Assembly: GCF_001447785.1 (NCBI RefSeq)
Contig: NW_015162578.1
Span: 100,050 to 161,329 of the forward strand
Length of the DNA stretch: 61,280 nucleotides
Origin: Gekko japonicus
Taxonomy: Eukaryota
Direction of reading: 5' to 3'
Positions 37,400 through 50,767 of this stretch are shown piece by piece. The translations under genes and the position numbers were made by a program. The notes beneath the pieces were generated by a model that was not told where the DNA came from, did not search any database, and saw only the letters and a program-made list of their open reading frames with translations. Numbering within the stretch: the first letter of the stretch is position 1; each line of letters starts with the position of its first letter.

Positions 37400-39840
37400 C
37401 ATGCTTCCAATTGTTCAGGCTCAACAGCAGCACATTTACTCTAATGTACAGAATTTTGAATAATGCAAGAACCTGCCTATGATGACCATAGTATAGCCTT
37501 TTCCAGGGGTCATTTAGTAGAAAAAGAGGTGCNNNNNNNNNNNNNNNNNNNNNNNNNNNNNNNNNNNNNNNNNNNNNNNNNNNNNNNNNNNNNNNNNNNN
37601 NNNNNNNNNNNNNNNNNNNNNNNNNNNNNNNNNNNNNNNNNNNNNNNNNNNNNNNNNNNNNNNNNNNNNNNNNNNNNNNNNNNNNNNNNNNNNNNNNNNN
37701 NNNNNNNNNNNNNNNNNNNNNNNTCAATCCTGCAGAGCTTGCTGGCTCTGAGCGATTTACAGTTACTCATTTTTCACGAGGGACTAACAATGATTTGTGG
37801 GGTTAGGGAGGACAACATATATACATATTAATTCACACACATTTGCAGCCGATGAGGGTTTTGTTCAGTTTGAAGATGAGACGTGATCCAGACCACATTT
37901 TCCCCCCTCGGCCTGGTTTGATGGCGTCAGCTCTCTCCAGACTCCTTTGAGTTGTAATGCCGCACTGCCACTGCCTGGCTGGAACGGCCCATTACAGGCT
38001 GTCTTCATGCCAAGGAGATCTCTCTAGGTTTTCCAATCTTGTAAGCTGGACTTCCGTTCCACGGCTAACACCGCTCCACCCCACGAGGGGGTGGTTCAGG
38101 GTTCCCACTCTCTCTAAGGAGTGGTACCCATTTTATCTACTCGCCGAAGCTTTCGAACCGCTGGGTAGATGGCGAGCTGGGGACAGGGCTGGTAGCTCAC
38201 ACCAGCGTGGGGCTAGAACTGACAGCAAGCCTGTTCAGCTCAGATGTTACTATTATAACCAGAGGATAAATCCGATGTGCCACCGCTCCCCTTCATTAGC
38301 ATAATTCATTAGCATAACTCATTTGCATATACCACACCCCCTGACATCACCAGAAGTGTGTCAAAAAGCAACACCCACCACTTAGGCTCCACTGGACTGT
38401 TTTGGATTGCTAGCTATTGGGGAGGGGGAACATGCAGAATCTGTCCTCACAGAGGAGGGAGAGCTTGTACCTGAATAAAACTTGGTCTTAAAGGTGCCAC
38501 TGGACTGTTTTGGACTGGGGGGCTCTGCAACTTACCTGGATGCTGCTTGCTCTGACTGAGGGCTGCTGGGAGCAGGGGGTGGGGTTTATTACATGTGCCC
38601 ACCCCCTGGGCTCTTTACTGCCTGAGCTCCGCTCCTGTGCACTCCTGCAGGAAATGACCCCTGGCCTTTTCAGTGATAAAAGGAACCCTTTCTATTTCTT
38701 TCACCAATGGTAGCATGCATCCCACTGAAATAATGACATTACTCCACATCCTTTCTGTTGGTAAGAACTGGGATCCAAGGGTCCTACATTACCACATGTC
38801 ACTAGTAATATCTGTAATATATTTTAACATCTAGGGATACACAAGCAGCATATTCAATTTGAAAAGGAAGTTCAGTTATGCATCTACTTTTTAATGATAT
38901 TCCTTGTGGGCTGATCCCCAGATCATTGAAATCCCTTGATTATCTTTCCACTGTGCTAGAGCAAGGCAGTAGTTTTTTTGTGTGATCAACAGGAATGCAT
39001 AGTAACCATTCAGATCATGGCATGCTACTTTCACAACATGTCACTGGATTTCCCTGGGGTGGGGTTAAAGATGTATCTTTTATCTCTCTGAATATGTGGG
39101 AAATGCCAAATCCAGCTATGATATGATGAAGCCTTGTGGATGATTTGATTATTGTAGTGGCAGGACCTGTGCAGAGGAATGCCTAAAGCCAGGCAATGAT
39201 TGGAAAACTCTGTACTAAACAAAGGTCTAGGTTAGTATACATTTTTTCTCAGTGTTTAACTAATTGATATTCGAATGTTCATTTGAGGAGCCCTAAATCC
39301 ATCTCTGAAACAAAGGAAGTTATCATTTGATACCATTCATTTCCCACCTCTTTGGTGGAAAGAGGTTGCCATAGCTTTTGGTCTTTTGGACTTGCATTGG
39401 GGAAAAAGTTGTTGCTGTTGTTTTTTCCACACATTGGAAAATCACAGTAAAAATTGCTTCTAGATCACAGGAGGTAACAGGGAGTTTTGTCAATAAAGGT
39501 TCATGAGCCCACTGTGACTGGCTTCTCTCGAACAAGAATCTAGCCAACCATGTATTGTTACTTCTTGTATTAACTTTTATTTCATTTCATTTTATTGGAT
39601 TTATGTCCTGCTCTTCCTGCAGAGCAGGCTCAGGGTGGGTTCCATCAGACATCATAAACAATATACAACATACAAAAATTAAAACAGTTAAAATGCGAAT
39701 GAAATAGAACATTCCTCTGGTGCAAGTCATAGTTAAAGCCTTTTCTGTTTGATTTGGAAGCTGCAATTGACATAGAATACTAAGGCTCAAAATTTGGCCA
39801 GGACAGGTAACAAGCAGGAGATGTCTCCCAGTCCCATTCA
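37400..39840. promoter_or_regulatory. Duplicated OR upstream cassette, copy 3 (inverted), upstream of A3
   Basis: Reverse-complement homology to copies 1 and 2; ACTTTTTAATGA at 38886-38897 followed by TATTCCTTGTGG; O/E site TCCCTGGGG at 39051-39059. Confidence 0.55.
37504..38663. mobile_element. hAT MITE of the same family as 7870-8255, opposite orientation, with an internal insertion and gap
   Basis: Same 12-bp TIR; 8-bp TSD GCCTTTTC (37496-37503, 38664-38671). Confidence 0.9.
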
Positions 39841-39889
39841 GCTGTAGTAGCTGTAATTTAGGAATATGGTAATTCCCACACTTCTCCAG

Positions 39890-40410
39890 GCAGTGGCTTT
39901 CTGGATCTGTTTCTTGACTTCATCGGGTGGATATTTCAGTTCCAAAAAGGTTTGTTGTAGATCCCTCAGGTGAGAATCTCTGTCTGTAGGACTGGAACAG
40001 ATGCAGCTGTAGTACAGAGACTGGCAGTATACAATGTTTGGTATGTTTAGAATGGCAGCTGGAAGCATGTAGATATGCTTCTTGGTAAGTAGGTTTCGGG
40101 TATAAGGTGGTGTTTATGTGCCCATTGTGTATTTGTACAGAGGGTCCAGAAAATGTATTTCTTGCATAGTTTGGTTCATCATCAGGTTGATAATTTTTCT
40201 ATATTTACTGCTCAGTTGCTTATGTATCTTGACTCTAATTGGCCCTTCCTGGCAACATCCTCCTCATCCACTATCTATATGTAACGGTTGGTGATTTATG
40301 CTTCAATGTATCTGAAGAAGAGTGTGGGCATGCAAAAGCTTAATCCCAGAGTAAAACTTTGTTGGTCTTAAAGGTGCCACTGGGCTCAAACTTTGTTCTG
40401 CTGTTTTAAA
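39890..40410 (-). mobile_element. Penelope-like element fragment (RT antisense plus inverted terminal piece)
   Basis: IVYCQSL..SCICSSPTDRDSHLRDLQQTFLELKYP; ttggtcttaaaggtgccactg end. Confidence 0.75.
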
Positions 40411-40825
40411 ACATCATGGCTACCCACTTGAATCTCACAGAAATCAGTAAGTGTTAAATCTGCATTAAGGATGATTTTGAATTTCTTGTCCCTGATGCTT
40501 CGACTCGACCCACCCACCCCCAGTCAATTCTGATTCTCACTAGAGTTGATCAAACATACCAATATTCAAATCTGCACCAGTTTATATTTTGTTGGCCTGT
40601 TTTTCTCTCTCTATTAAATGGACATGCTTAACCATTCTATTTTTAGCATATAAATGATGAAAGACACAGAAACAGAGCATAGGGCATAAAAGAGACAAGT
40701 GCATAGGGAATAGTAAGCTTACATCTCCAACAGATGAAAACAAATAGAAGCGATGAAGAGAATCCATTCACATATCTCATGCATATAGTATTGCAGAACT
40801 CAACAGGTAAGTTCTTTGGGAGGGG

Positions 40826-41005
40826 GCATCAAGTCACAGCCAACTTATGGCTACCCTGTTGGGTTTTCAAGGCAAGAGACATTCAGAGGTGGTTTGTCCT
40901 TGCCTGCCTCTGCATAGTGGCCCTGGTATTCCTCGGTGGTACCTCATCCCAGCCTGCTTAGCTTAAGAGAACTGACAAGATCAGGATAGCCTTGGCCATC
41001 CATGT
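40826..41005 (-). mobile_element. 5S-derived SINE
   Basis: Same family as 1565-1750. Confidence 0.7.
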
Positions 41006-41928
41006 CAGAGAGATAAGATAATACCTAGTGTTAGATCACTTTTTCTATAGCACCTAAGGTGGTAAGTATAGGAACCTGTGATGCAGATGGAAATTAAATG
41101 CTACAAAAATGTGGGATATAATGTATAGATTATTCTACTATAACTTGGACCCTTTGGTCCTGCTCTGCTCACAGGAGCCAATTTTATTCACAAAATAGGG
41201 GGAGGATTTTCCGATTCTGCATTCCCACTGCAAAGCCCCCTCACCTTAGAAAGGTGTACAAACTTAGGAGAGTACTGTTTGTTGTGTGGGGTATAAATTA
41301 TATCCACACAAAGCAAGATGAGCTCTCAGTAGTCTGTTGATTAGTGGATTTCCCAAACCAGTAAGAAAGAATTCATATTGGGGTACATGACAAGCATAGA
41401 ATAATGGTTTTATTCACTGGCTCTATATGAACAAAATAACTACAGCTTAGTTAGGTTTTGTTTCCTTCAGACTAGAAATGGCAGTTGTAATACTATGCAA
41501 TTTGGAGAGCAATCCTAAACTGGACTAGTTATAAGTTTAATTTTATTTCATGGGGCTTACTCCCAGGAAAGAAGTGTTCTTAGGATTGCAGCCTACATCG
41601 CTCTCGATCCCATTCAAGGTAATGTGACTGGTAACCTAACGATATACAGGACAGCAGCATGAGATATGCTTTTGATTCACCTAATTTTGCTTTACGATTA
41701 AATTTGTTTCAGCATAGAACTTCTGGCTCCAGACATGCTGAACTCTCCTGGTATGTCTACTTATGACAAACTATAATTAAGAACGTGCTCAGCAGACCCA
41801 ATGAATAGAAGTTCACTTCTGCACATAAAAGAATACAGAAATTATGGACAACCTAAAATAATGAATTTAGTAAAATCTAGGTATGTAATATACAGAAGTT
41901 AATTATATATATAAGGGGGGAAACGGCA

Positions 41929-42861
41929 ATGAATACAACAGTAACAGAATTTATTCTCTTGGGCTTGTCTCAGAATCCAAGGGTGCAGACCATTCTCTTC
42001 CTCATTTTTCTTGCCATTTACATTACGACCTGGCTGGGGAATCTGACAATCATTCTTGTTGTAATTTTCATGCCTCATTTCCACACACCCATGTACTTCT
42101 TTTTGGCCAACCTGGCTGTCATAGACATCAGTGACTCCACAGTGACTTCAATCAAAATGCTGTGGGATCTCAGCTCCCACACAAATACCATCTCCTACAA
42201 CTGGTGTATTGCCCAGGTATTCTTCTTCCATTTTACTGGAGGAACTGTGGTCTTTTTCCTAGTAGTTATGGTTGTTGACAGATACATAGCGATCTACAGA
42301 CCACTGCAATATTTGCTTATTATGCATCCAGGAGTTTCTGTTGGTTTGGTGACAGGCGCTTGGTTGGGTGGCTTTGCCCACTCCATTGTACAGGTAGCAT
42401 TTATACTTCAGCTGCCCTTCTGTGGACCCAATGTATTGGACAATTTCTACTGTGATGTCCCACAGCTCATCAAACTGGCTTGTACAGATATATACGTCAC
42501 AGAGCTACTGATGGTTTCAAACAGTGGGTTTCTTCTCACACTAATCTTCTGTGTCTTACTTGTATCATACACTGTAATTCTGATAAAGATCAGAACACAT
42601 GTCACAGAAGGGAAACATAAAGCCCTGTCTACATGTGCTGCACAAATCATAGTTATGAGCTTAATTTTTATTCCAGGAATGTTCATATATGACCGTCCTT
42701 TCCAGGTATTTCCAGGAGATAAAATAGTTTCCGTGTGCTATACTTTTATCACTCCAATGTTGAATCCAATGATCTTTACTCTGAGAAACAGAGAAATGAA
42801 GGATACTATTAGAAAACTAGTTAGAAAAATGATGTCATTTGTAATAAAAGAATCAAAATAA
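41929..42861 (+). CDS. Olfactory receptor, OR4D-like, paralogue A3 (310 aa)
   Basis: Intact ORF; inverted paralogue of A1/A2 including flanks. Confidence 0.96.
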   Translation: MNTTVTEFILLGLSQNPRVQTILFLIFLAIYITTWLGNLTIILVVIFMPHFHTPMYFFLANLAVIDISDSTVTSIKMLWDLSSHTNTISYNWCIAQVFFFHFTGGTVVFFLVVMVVDRYIAIYRPLQYLLIMHPGVSVGLVTGAWLGGFAHSIVQVAFILQLPFCGPNVLDNFYCDVPQLIKLACTDIYVTELLMVSNSGFLLTLIFCVLLVSYTVILIKIRTHVTEGKHKALSTCAAQIIVMSLIFIPGMFIYDRPFQVFPGDKIVSVCYTFITPMLNPMIFTLRNREMKDTIRKLVRKMMSFVIKESK

Positions 42862-43169
42862 TGAGCTTGCTTTGGCTGGCGTTTTGGCGAAATCTTTCCA
42901 ATTTGTCTTTTAATATAACATTCCCTATCACATATGAGTTTTGTTTTTGCAGTTCCCAAGAATCCCCCCCCCAATAGCCATTTGGTAGCCAAAGATTACT
43001 TTCTTCTTCTGTTTCCAGCTGTGGAAAAGCTGCGAAAGAGTGAGTATTATAGTGTGGGATCTTCAGTGATGATCGAGCTGCTGCTTCTCACATGGCCTAG
43101 GGGTACACACCATCTTTTAACTCTACGTGGCACTGGTGATTTTTTTGCCTTTTCTCTGTGGTTATAGAG

Positions 43170-43720
43170 ACTAACAATGTCTACCCCAGGGCTAGGAGCT
43201 GCTCACCTGCAGAATCTTACTAATCCTCAACAGTGTCAGCCCTTTATGCTCGCTAGATTAAAATAAATATTTTCCCTTCAGCTGTTCTTTCAGGTAGATA
43301 TCATAATATACCTTTTAAGAACAGACTATGTAAATACTGTTTGCTGGAACCTGACTCAATTTCCCATATTTTACTTTGCTGTCCCATGCATTGTAAGGCT
43401 CATCAGCAACTCTTTGATCCTGTTATTTCCAACCTCTCTGCTCCCCCAGAGAGAATTACTCAGTATTTACTTGCCAATAAATCCATCAAACAGACGGAAC
43501 TTATGGCTGAGTATTTGATTCTTGTGTTGAATAAGGGTAATCATGTTTCTAAGGCTAAGGCAGGGAATGCTTGATTAATTTTGCTGTTATATGTTGCTAT
43601 TCTTGGACACTGTTTTATTGTCTTACCTGGCTGTATTGCTCCCATCTTGTTTTTATTTATGTAAGACTATTTCTGCATTTGTTTACACTTTATGTCATTA
43701 AAGGTTTCTGAAACTGAACT
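43170..43720 (+). mobile_element. RTE-X-like LINE 3' fragment
   Basis: PSAVLSGRYHNIPFKNRLCKYC..PDSISHILLCC, homologous to the 6721-7158 peptide. Confidence 0.65.
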
Positions 43721-46700
43721 AACAATGCAGCATTGTCCCCATTTTTTCCCCACTCTTGATAAACCAACTGGTGGGGAAGGGCTTCTGGTGGGAGTTCTCC
43801 TGGAATAAGCAGGCAACTGGGAACCCAACTCCAGAAGAACCGATAACTATAGTCTGGAGACCAGTAGTGATTCTGTGAAAACTCCAGGTTGGCAACCATA
43901 GTAGTAAGCAAGGGACCAGGAAGGGAGGTGTCTAGCACTGGCCTAGACATAAGAAGCCAGACTGGAAAGCCTCCCCCATCATAAAATGACTCAGGATAAT
44001 CATCAGACATTTGTAGCTTAAGCAAAAGAACACACCAACCTCAGTAGGCCCTAGCCGGTTTATTACAGGTTTATTTACTTAACTTTGGCAAAGTGAAGCA
44101 GGGAAAGAAGAAACCTTTCATGGCCAATCTTAAAGAGTCCAAAAATCTTACTTGGACCTGAAACAACCAGCTAATCCCACATTGCCAAATACAAATGGTG
44201 AGTGCTATTCTCAAGAAGGTGCAAACTTATAAAGTTTGCTTACTGCGTCCCCTTGAAGGGATGAGGATCCCAGTCTCCTCAAATAGCCACCCAAAAGCTC
44301 AACTTTTGTCTTTGCTGGAAAAAGGAGAGGGCAAAGAGAGTTTCTGAGCATGATGGAAGGGTGCGGAACTTCTTTCGACAATTCTCAAGCACTAATATCA
44401 CAGTCTGTATTGAACTGTCAATCACCGGTGTGGCACATGAGCATTCAGCTTTTGCACAATCATTCAGCAACAGCCTCCAAAGGGAAACACAGCAAGGTCA
44501 GTCAGTCACTATAGCCAAGAAATCATTGAACAAGAATGGCCAACTGATCTCTGATAAAGCACCTCCTGACTCAGTCTTACTCAAGCTAGTGCACATGATC
44601 TCAACTAAAGAAGAAGAAGAACCAATATGGCCCCATTCACATGGAGAAGTTGCCACGCTGAAGACACAGATGATAGGCAGATTTTCCAGGTGCGATCACA
44701 CCACAACATTTGGGAAGCGTAGTGCACCCGTGGCATGTTGCCGAAGATGCGGAGTAAAAAACCACCACATAGGATGTACTAGTTTCCAAAAAACGCGGGG
44801 CAAGGGTGGGCGTCTGATCGCGTTTCTGCTGAAAACCCTTGGCATCCAGCACCCGCCCATGTCCCCTTGCAAACCAAATGTTTTTTTAAAGTCCCCACAG
44901 GATGCACACAAACGATCATGCACATGCACAAACTTCGGTGAGACAAAAAAAAAACCCATTTGCCACAGAAGTGGCACGGCGCGATTGCCAGTGTGAACGC
45001 ACCGTGCTCCTTCTTTGCCGCGCTCCTTCTTTGCCGCGCTGCAGACTAGCTGTCTGATTGGCATCTAACACCTAACCACGGGACCTCGACAGGAGGTCTG
45101 ATTGGGCTGCCGCATGTTACTTTGTTTCGGGGCAAACAGCCACGCTTCCCCCCACACACATTTTCCGGCCCGTGTGACTGGGGCCTATATGAACTTTACA
45201 AAAACAAACTTGCATCTGCTTCTACTCAAAGGGAATATACAGAATATGCACTTTTACCCAGGGGCTGACTACCTTATCGCAAAAGTTGCACACCTGAGCT
45301 TGGACTTTGTCATTTCAAACTTGGATTGGAGATACATGTGACTGTGCATTTATATATGGTATTTGCGTAAATATGCCCAATCCCCTACATTGAGAAATCT
45401 GGATTTTAGGGACTGCATTTCAGTCTTTCCTATTATTCTAGGTTCAAAAAGAATCTTTCCCGATGAGCCTATCATTGCAAATTGAAATCAGGAAAATCTG
45501 ACCTAATGGCACATCTTCCTTCACCAATGCAAATTTTCAAAATCAAATCTCTTTTTTAAAACAAATATATCATTCCCCAAACATCTGGACTTCTTGGGGA
45601 CTAGTATTTTGATCATATTAACCATGTGATCTTCAGACATCTTGTAATTAGTCTTGTTTTATAATAGTAGGTAATATTTGGAATTAAACACGATTAGGTT
45701 CCCCCAGAATGAGCTGCTTATATCTGTCTAAAAAGAACTGAAATAAATTGTTCCTATTACTCTAATAGTGACCTTTAAGGCCCTAAATGGTCCTGGACCA
45801 ACATAACTTCAGGACTGCCTCTCCTTTTATACCCTCTCCCCTGGTGATCCTTAGCCAGAAAAAAAAATATATCTGGCTGTCCTGAATGTGTACTGAATGT
45901 TGTACAATGACATGAGTCCCAAATAATAGGTAAGGGTGGTCTAGAAATTGAATCAATCAGGCATAATGTTACTTTGCATGTTAAAATGGAAAAGAATGTA
46001 AAATGCTATTGTTCCGGAAGGCATGTTTCTAAAGGGAACAGGGCTCTAGTTTATTACGTTATTTATTGTCTGTATGTTCTTCCTCATTGCTTTCTAATTT
46101 CCGTAATTCTGTTTTTGTCTTGTTTATAATATGTCTTGTTGCATCCAATTTTACATTGCATTTTTTTTAAAAAAAACTTTTAGAAATCTTCCTTGTGTCT
46201 CAAAGAGAAAGGCAGACTACCAAGAATGTAAATAATTAATGAAAATTAATATCATTTTCCCGAGTCTTCCATGAAAAAAAATCACATTCATATTTTGCTT
46301 GTCTCAACATCTTCCATATAACTTGAAAAATAAAACAAAGTTCCAAGAAGTTGTTTTGTGTTAACTTATTTATTTATTTCAGTTTGTATCCCGCTCACCT
46401 CCTTAGGGCTCTGAGTGGCTTACATGTTTCAATTAACACAAATCCTAGCCTAGGGGCACATACATATAGGGAAAGTGACAAGCCTACCAGGCACCCCTTT
46501 TGTAGTGGATTTTCGTTGTTGTCTTTCTTGCAGGAGATAGTCTGGCGGCATCCTTTCTGGCGCTGGTCTTTGAAGTTACGCCTTCTGTTCCCACCTTCCG
46601 GCTGTTGCGATTCCTTTTCCGGGCCTGGGCCACTCGCACTTATGTACATGCTCGCTGTGGCCTCTGTCCAGACTAGGCTCCGGCCTGCTGCGACGCTCTG

Positions 46701-49339
46701 CCTCCGAGCTTGTTGGTCCAGCCTCCTTTGCTCGCTTTTTGCCTCACCAGCCACCGCCATACTTCTCTGCTGCCGCCGCTCATCGCTCACCGCTGCCGCC
46801 GCTACACAAGGGACGGGTCCCCCCCCGCTCTAATAGCAAGTACCCATTTGTCTATTCGCCCTTTAATGGGCTTTCAAGCCGCTGGGTGGGCGGGAGCTGG
46901 AACATAGGGCTGAGAGCTCACCCCGGCCATGGTTGGGCTCGAACAGCTGTTAATGCAGGCTTCACTTACCGTCTGCGCCACCGCTCCGGCTTAGCTACCA
47001 CAACTTATTGCTTGGTCATTGAGAAATGATTTCCCTGCCACAAAATCAGCCTCAAACTATATCTATATGATATTTAGTTGTTCAGTTACTAATTTCTGAT
47101 TAATCATAGGCCATCCATAAACCAAGGATTGAGGAGCAGTATTCAGGACTTTTTTTTACAAAGATTGTGAATGAAATCATCTACCACAAGAACTCTCACA
47201 GCTAATTTGTAATCACCAATGACTAGCATTTTCTTCTTCAAAATGCCATCCACATTTTGCATGGATTTGAAGATTATTTTAGGGCAATTTTTTTTACATT
47301 ATTGATGTGATGAAAACTGTAGTGCCACCCTGAAGTGATCCATACAATACAATTGTCAACCTCCTCTGGTATTAGAGAATGTCATTTTGAAACTCGACCA
47401 ATAGTTTAAGTTACTTCAAGAATTGCCATCCAATTTCATCTAATGGAAAATTCCTTGGTGAATGTGGAGGTTCCTGTTTGGAAGAAATATCTGCAGAATG
47501 TCATGAGAAGACATATATAAAAGGTTTTAGTGGTAGGGAGTAACTCCACGTATGTGTAAGTTGCTACTGGCGGCAAAACCATGATTGTTCAAGTGACCTT
47601 TAATTTTATTTATACAGTGATAGAAGAAGGGTGCCCTTAATCCTATCCCCTTATTTATTTACTTATTCATTTATTGGATTTGTTTATACCCCACATTTTT
47701 CCCCATTGGGGACCTAAAGGAGCTTACATTAGTCTCCTCTCCTTCATTTTATCCTCACAACAACCTTGTGAGGGAGGTTAGACTGAGAGAGTGTAACTGA
47801 GATAAAGTCACCGAGCAATTTTCCATGACACAAGTGGGATTCAAAGCTGGATCTTTCAGATACAAGTCCATTTAACATCCTTTTCTTTGTTATTTCATTG
47901 ACAAGCACACATACCTACACCCGAACTGTTTTCATCCATTCTGTGAAAAAGGGCTTACATGTATCCGCAAGTATCCAGGGGAAGAAATTTTAATGGAGAA
48001 AAAGGGCTAATGGGGAGGGTTAAATAGCCTCTCCCCACATGTCCCTTTCTTCCTTTAAACTACAGTCCTCATTCCACTCTCCAGAGAAAGAAGATGTAAT
48101 AAAAAGGATTATGGAACTACCTGCTATACTTAGTTTCGCCATCAAATCTGTCTTCGGAGATGGGATATGAAGCAAACAGGAGGTTTCTGCTTGGGTGAAA
48201 CATGCAGAAGGAAAAATAACTTTAATAAGATTACTGAAATTTATTTTAGAAATTTGAGTATTTCTATCATACTCCATCGGTTCTTCACTCATTGGTTTAA
48301 ACAGTTGTATGTGTAAATCTTGCTCATGCCCAAGGAAAGAAAATTAGTACTCAGGTGTAATATTTGTACAACATTTATCCAATTGTGTTTTAAAGTGTAG
48401 AAAGTACTTCAATAGCCTCCCTTGTGACTTGATTCCCCATTCACAGAAAAAGAGAGAAAACATGATTTGACACAACCTTATAAAGCTCAATCATAGCTGT
48501 AGCATAGAGGAGTAACATTTTTAAATGAGACTAAAATTTTTGCTGCAGAAGCCTTTCATTCTGAATTTGGTTAAAAGAAATTAATTAAGCAATACATTCA
48601 CTAACAAAGACTACATGAATTATTGCCTATTATTATCTTGACTTCTCTAAGTCTTTTTAGGAACAGTGTTCATCAGCACCACGGAAAACAGCCTCAGAAT
48701 ATTATTGATTAGAAAGGTACATGCTTGCTTTAACTATCATATTACGTGATTCTGGAGCAGACAATACTTAAATTTGTCTCATTCCTTTTGAGAGAAACAT
48801 AAACTAACTCATCTTTGAAATAATTTATCAGCTGTATATCTATGTCATTGGGAAAGAACCAGAGACCAGTTCTTTTTCTGGAAGAAATATGGAATTATTG
48901 GTTGAAAATCAAGAACTTTGATGAAGAATTGTGGGAGTGTTCATTGGCATGGACACAACACAGATACCCTAGGACTTATTACTTGGTATGTTGCCTTGTT
49001 TTATTCCAATGCAAAACAATATGGGATTGGTTGCAAAATATATTGGGTTAGATTCAATCAACCTTTATGCTTGTGAAAAAGAGAGGAAGGGGGCCCATTT
49101 GAAAATGAGAAAGGGTTTGCTGGAGATCATGGGACCTGCATGGAGAAATGCTATGTGGTATGGGGGCTCTAGTAAGGAGGAGAATTAGGAGTTAGTAAGT
49201 TAGTAAGGGGAGAGTTAGTAAGGAGGGCTCTAGTAAGGAGGAGAGCAAAATCAGTTGATCAAAGAGAACAAAACAAATCTGCCTGGAGTTAACTCAGTTA
49301 TTTTTTTAAAAAAATGGTATTCCATTGAATTGAACACAC

Positions 49340-49540
49340 AAAGCTGCCTTATATTGAATCATAACTTCAGTCCACCAAAGTCAGTATTGTCTACTCAGAC
49401 TGGTAGCAGCTGTCCAGGGTCTCAGGCTGAGGTCTTTCACATCACCTACTGCCTAGTCATTTTAACTGGAGATGCTGATGATTGAAACTGGGACCATTTG
49501 CATGTCAAGCAGATGTTCTACCACTGAGCCACTGTCCCCA
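49340..49540 (-). mobile_element. tRNA-derived SINE
   Basis: Antisense head tggctcagtggtagaacatctgcttg...cccagtttcaat. Confidence 0.7.
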
Positions 49541-50069
49541 CCCTGAACTGAGGTACATATTTGTATCAATTGTCCTTACCAAAGAGTCTGGGATTATATC
49601 ATATTATGATAGATTTAGATTTCACATGTTTATCATCTTGGACCTTGCTGCTTAATAGCTGTTTCAGGTGACAATCAGCACCATACAATGTGTCTAACCT
49701 GCCCGTGCAGCATCTCTGATGATATGGATGCACAATGTGTCAAAGGGGAGCAAATCTAATGCAGGTAAATTCAGATTGCACACTAGATTCCTGTCTCTTA
49801 TCTGTGAAACTAAGCACACAAACTGAGTGTTCATATGTTGAATTTCATCTTATTCCCACATATCACATATCACATCACTATGGCCAGTGGTGTGAGAGAT
49901 GAGGCAGGTTGGTGGGAATATAGACAACTTCTTGCTGTGTCCCTTACTCCCCATCACATCTAGGGCCAAGTTTAAACAGATTAGGTGTTATAAATGATGG
50001 GCTAGTGCTGAAGCATAATGAAACATACCAAAGAGCACAAGGCCATGTCTGTAAGAGAAGGATTAATTC

Positions 50070-50670
50070 TCTGGAGAGGGAGAAAAAGTTCTCTTTGTCA
50101 AATCTCTCCACCCCATGCATAATTTCATAAACCTCTATCCTGTCCCCCCTCACTTGTCTCTTTTCTAAACTGAAAAGTCCCAGAGTCTTCTTTAGCCTTT
50201 CCTCATAGGGAAGGTGCTCCAAACCCCTAATAATTTTGGTTGCCCTTCTCTGTACCTTCCCCAGCTCTGCGATGTCCTTCTTGAGAGATGGTGATCAGAA
50301 TTGTACACAGTATTCCAAATGAGGTCACACCATAGATCTATACAGGGATATTATTTATTTATTTATTTAGACATTTTTACCCCGCCCTCCCCGCAAGCGG
50401 GCTCAGGGCGGCTTACAATATTACAATATTGGCTATTTTATTCTCAACCCTTTTCCTAATAATTCCAAATATAGAGTTTGTCTTTTTCACTGCTGCAGCA
50501 CGCAGGGTTGATACCTTAATTGAGCTGTTCACTACAACCCCAAGATCTTTTCCCCTCTCAGTCTCCGCAAGTCCAGACCTCATTAGCATATCCTTGACAC
50601 TAGGATTTTTTTTTTGTTCCAATGTGCATCGTATCCTTGACACTAGGATTTTTTTTTGTTCCAATGTGCA
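50070..50670 (-). mobile_element. CR1 RT fragment
   Basis: [19 protein letters not shown] and DLGVVVNSS. Confidence 0.85.
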
Positions 50671-50767
50671 TCACTTTAGATATTAGGAGGTATGATGGAA
50701 TCTCATATTTATTACCTCACGTCACTGTTGTTTTCTGCTTGTTGCAGGTGTATTGTGAAGGTTCAAG

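Noticed and set aside
44361-44996. 211-aa ORF
   Set aside because: GTG start, runs into a DNA-transposon-like repeat, no domain signature
48514-48532. AACATTTTTAAATGAGACT resembling the H-element core
   Set aside because: Lacks the TAAT core (TAAATGA); likely chance in AT-rich DNA
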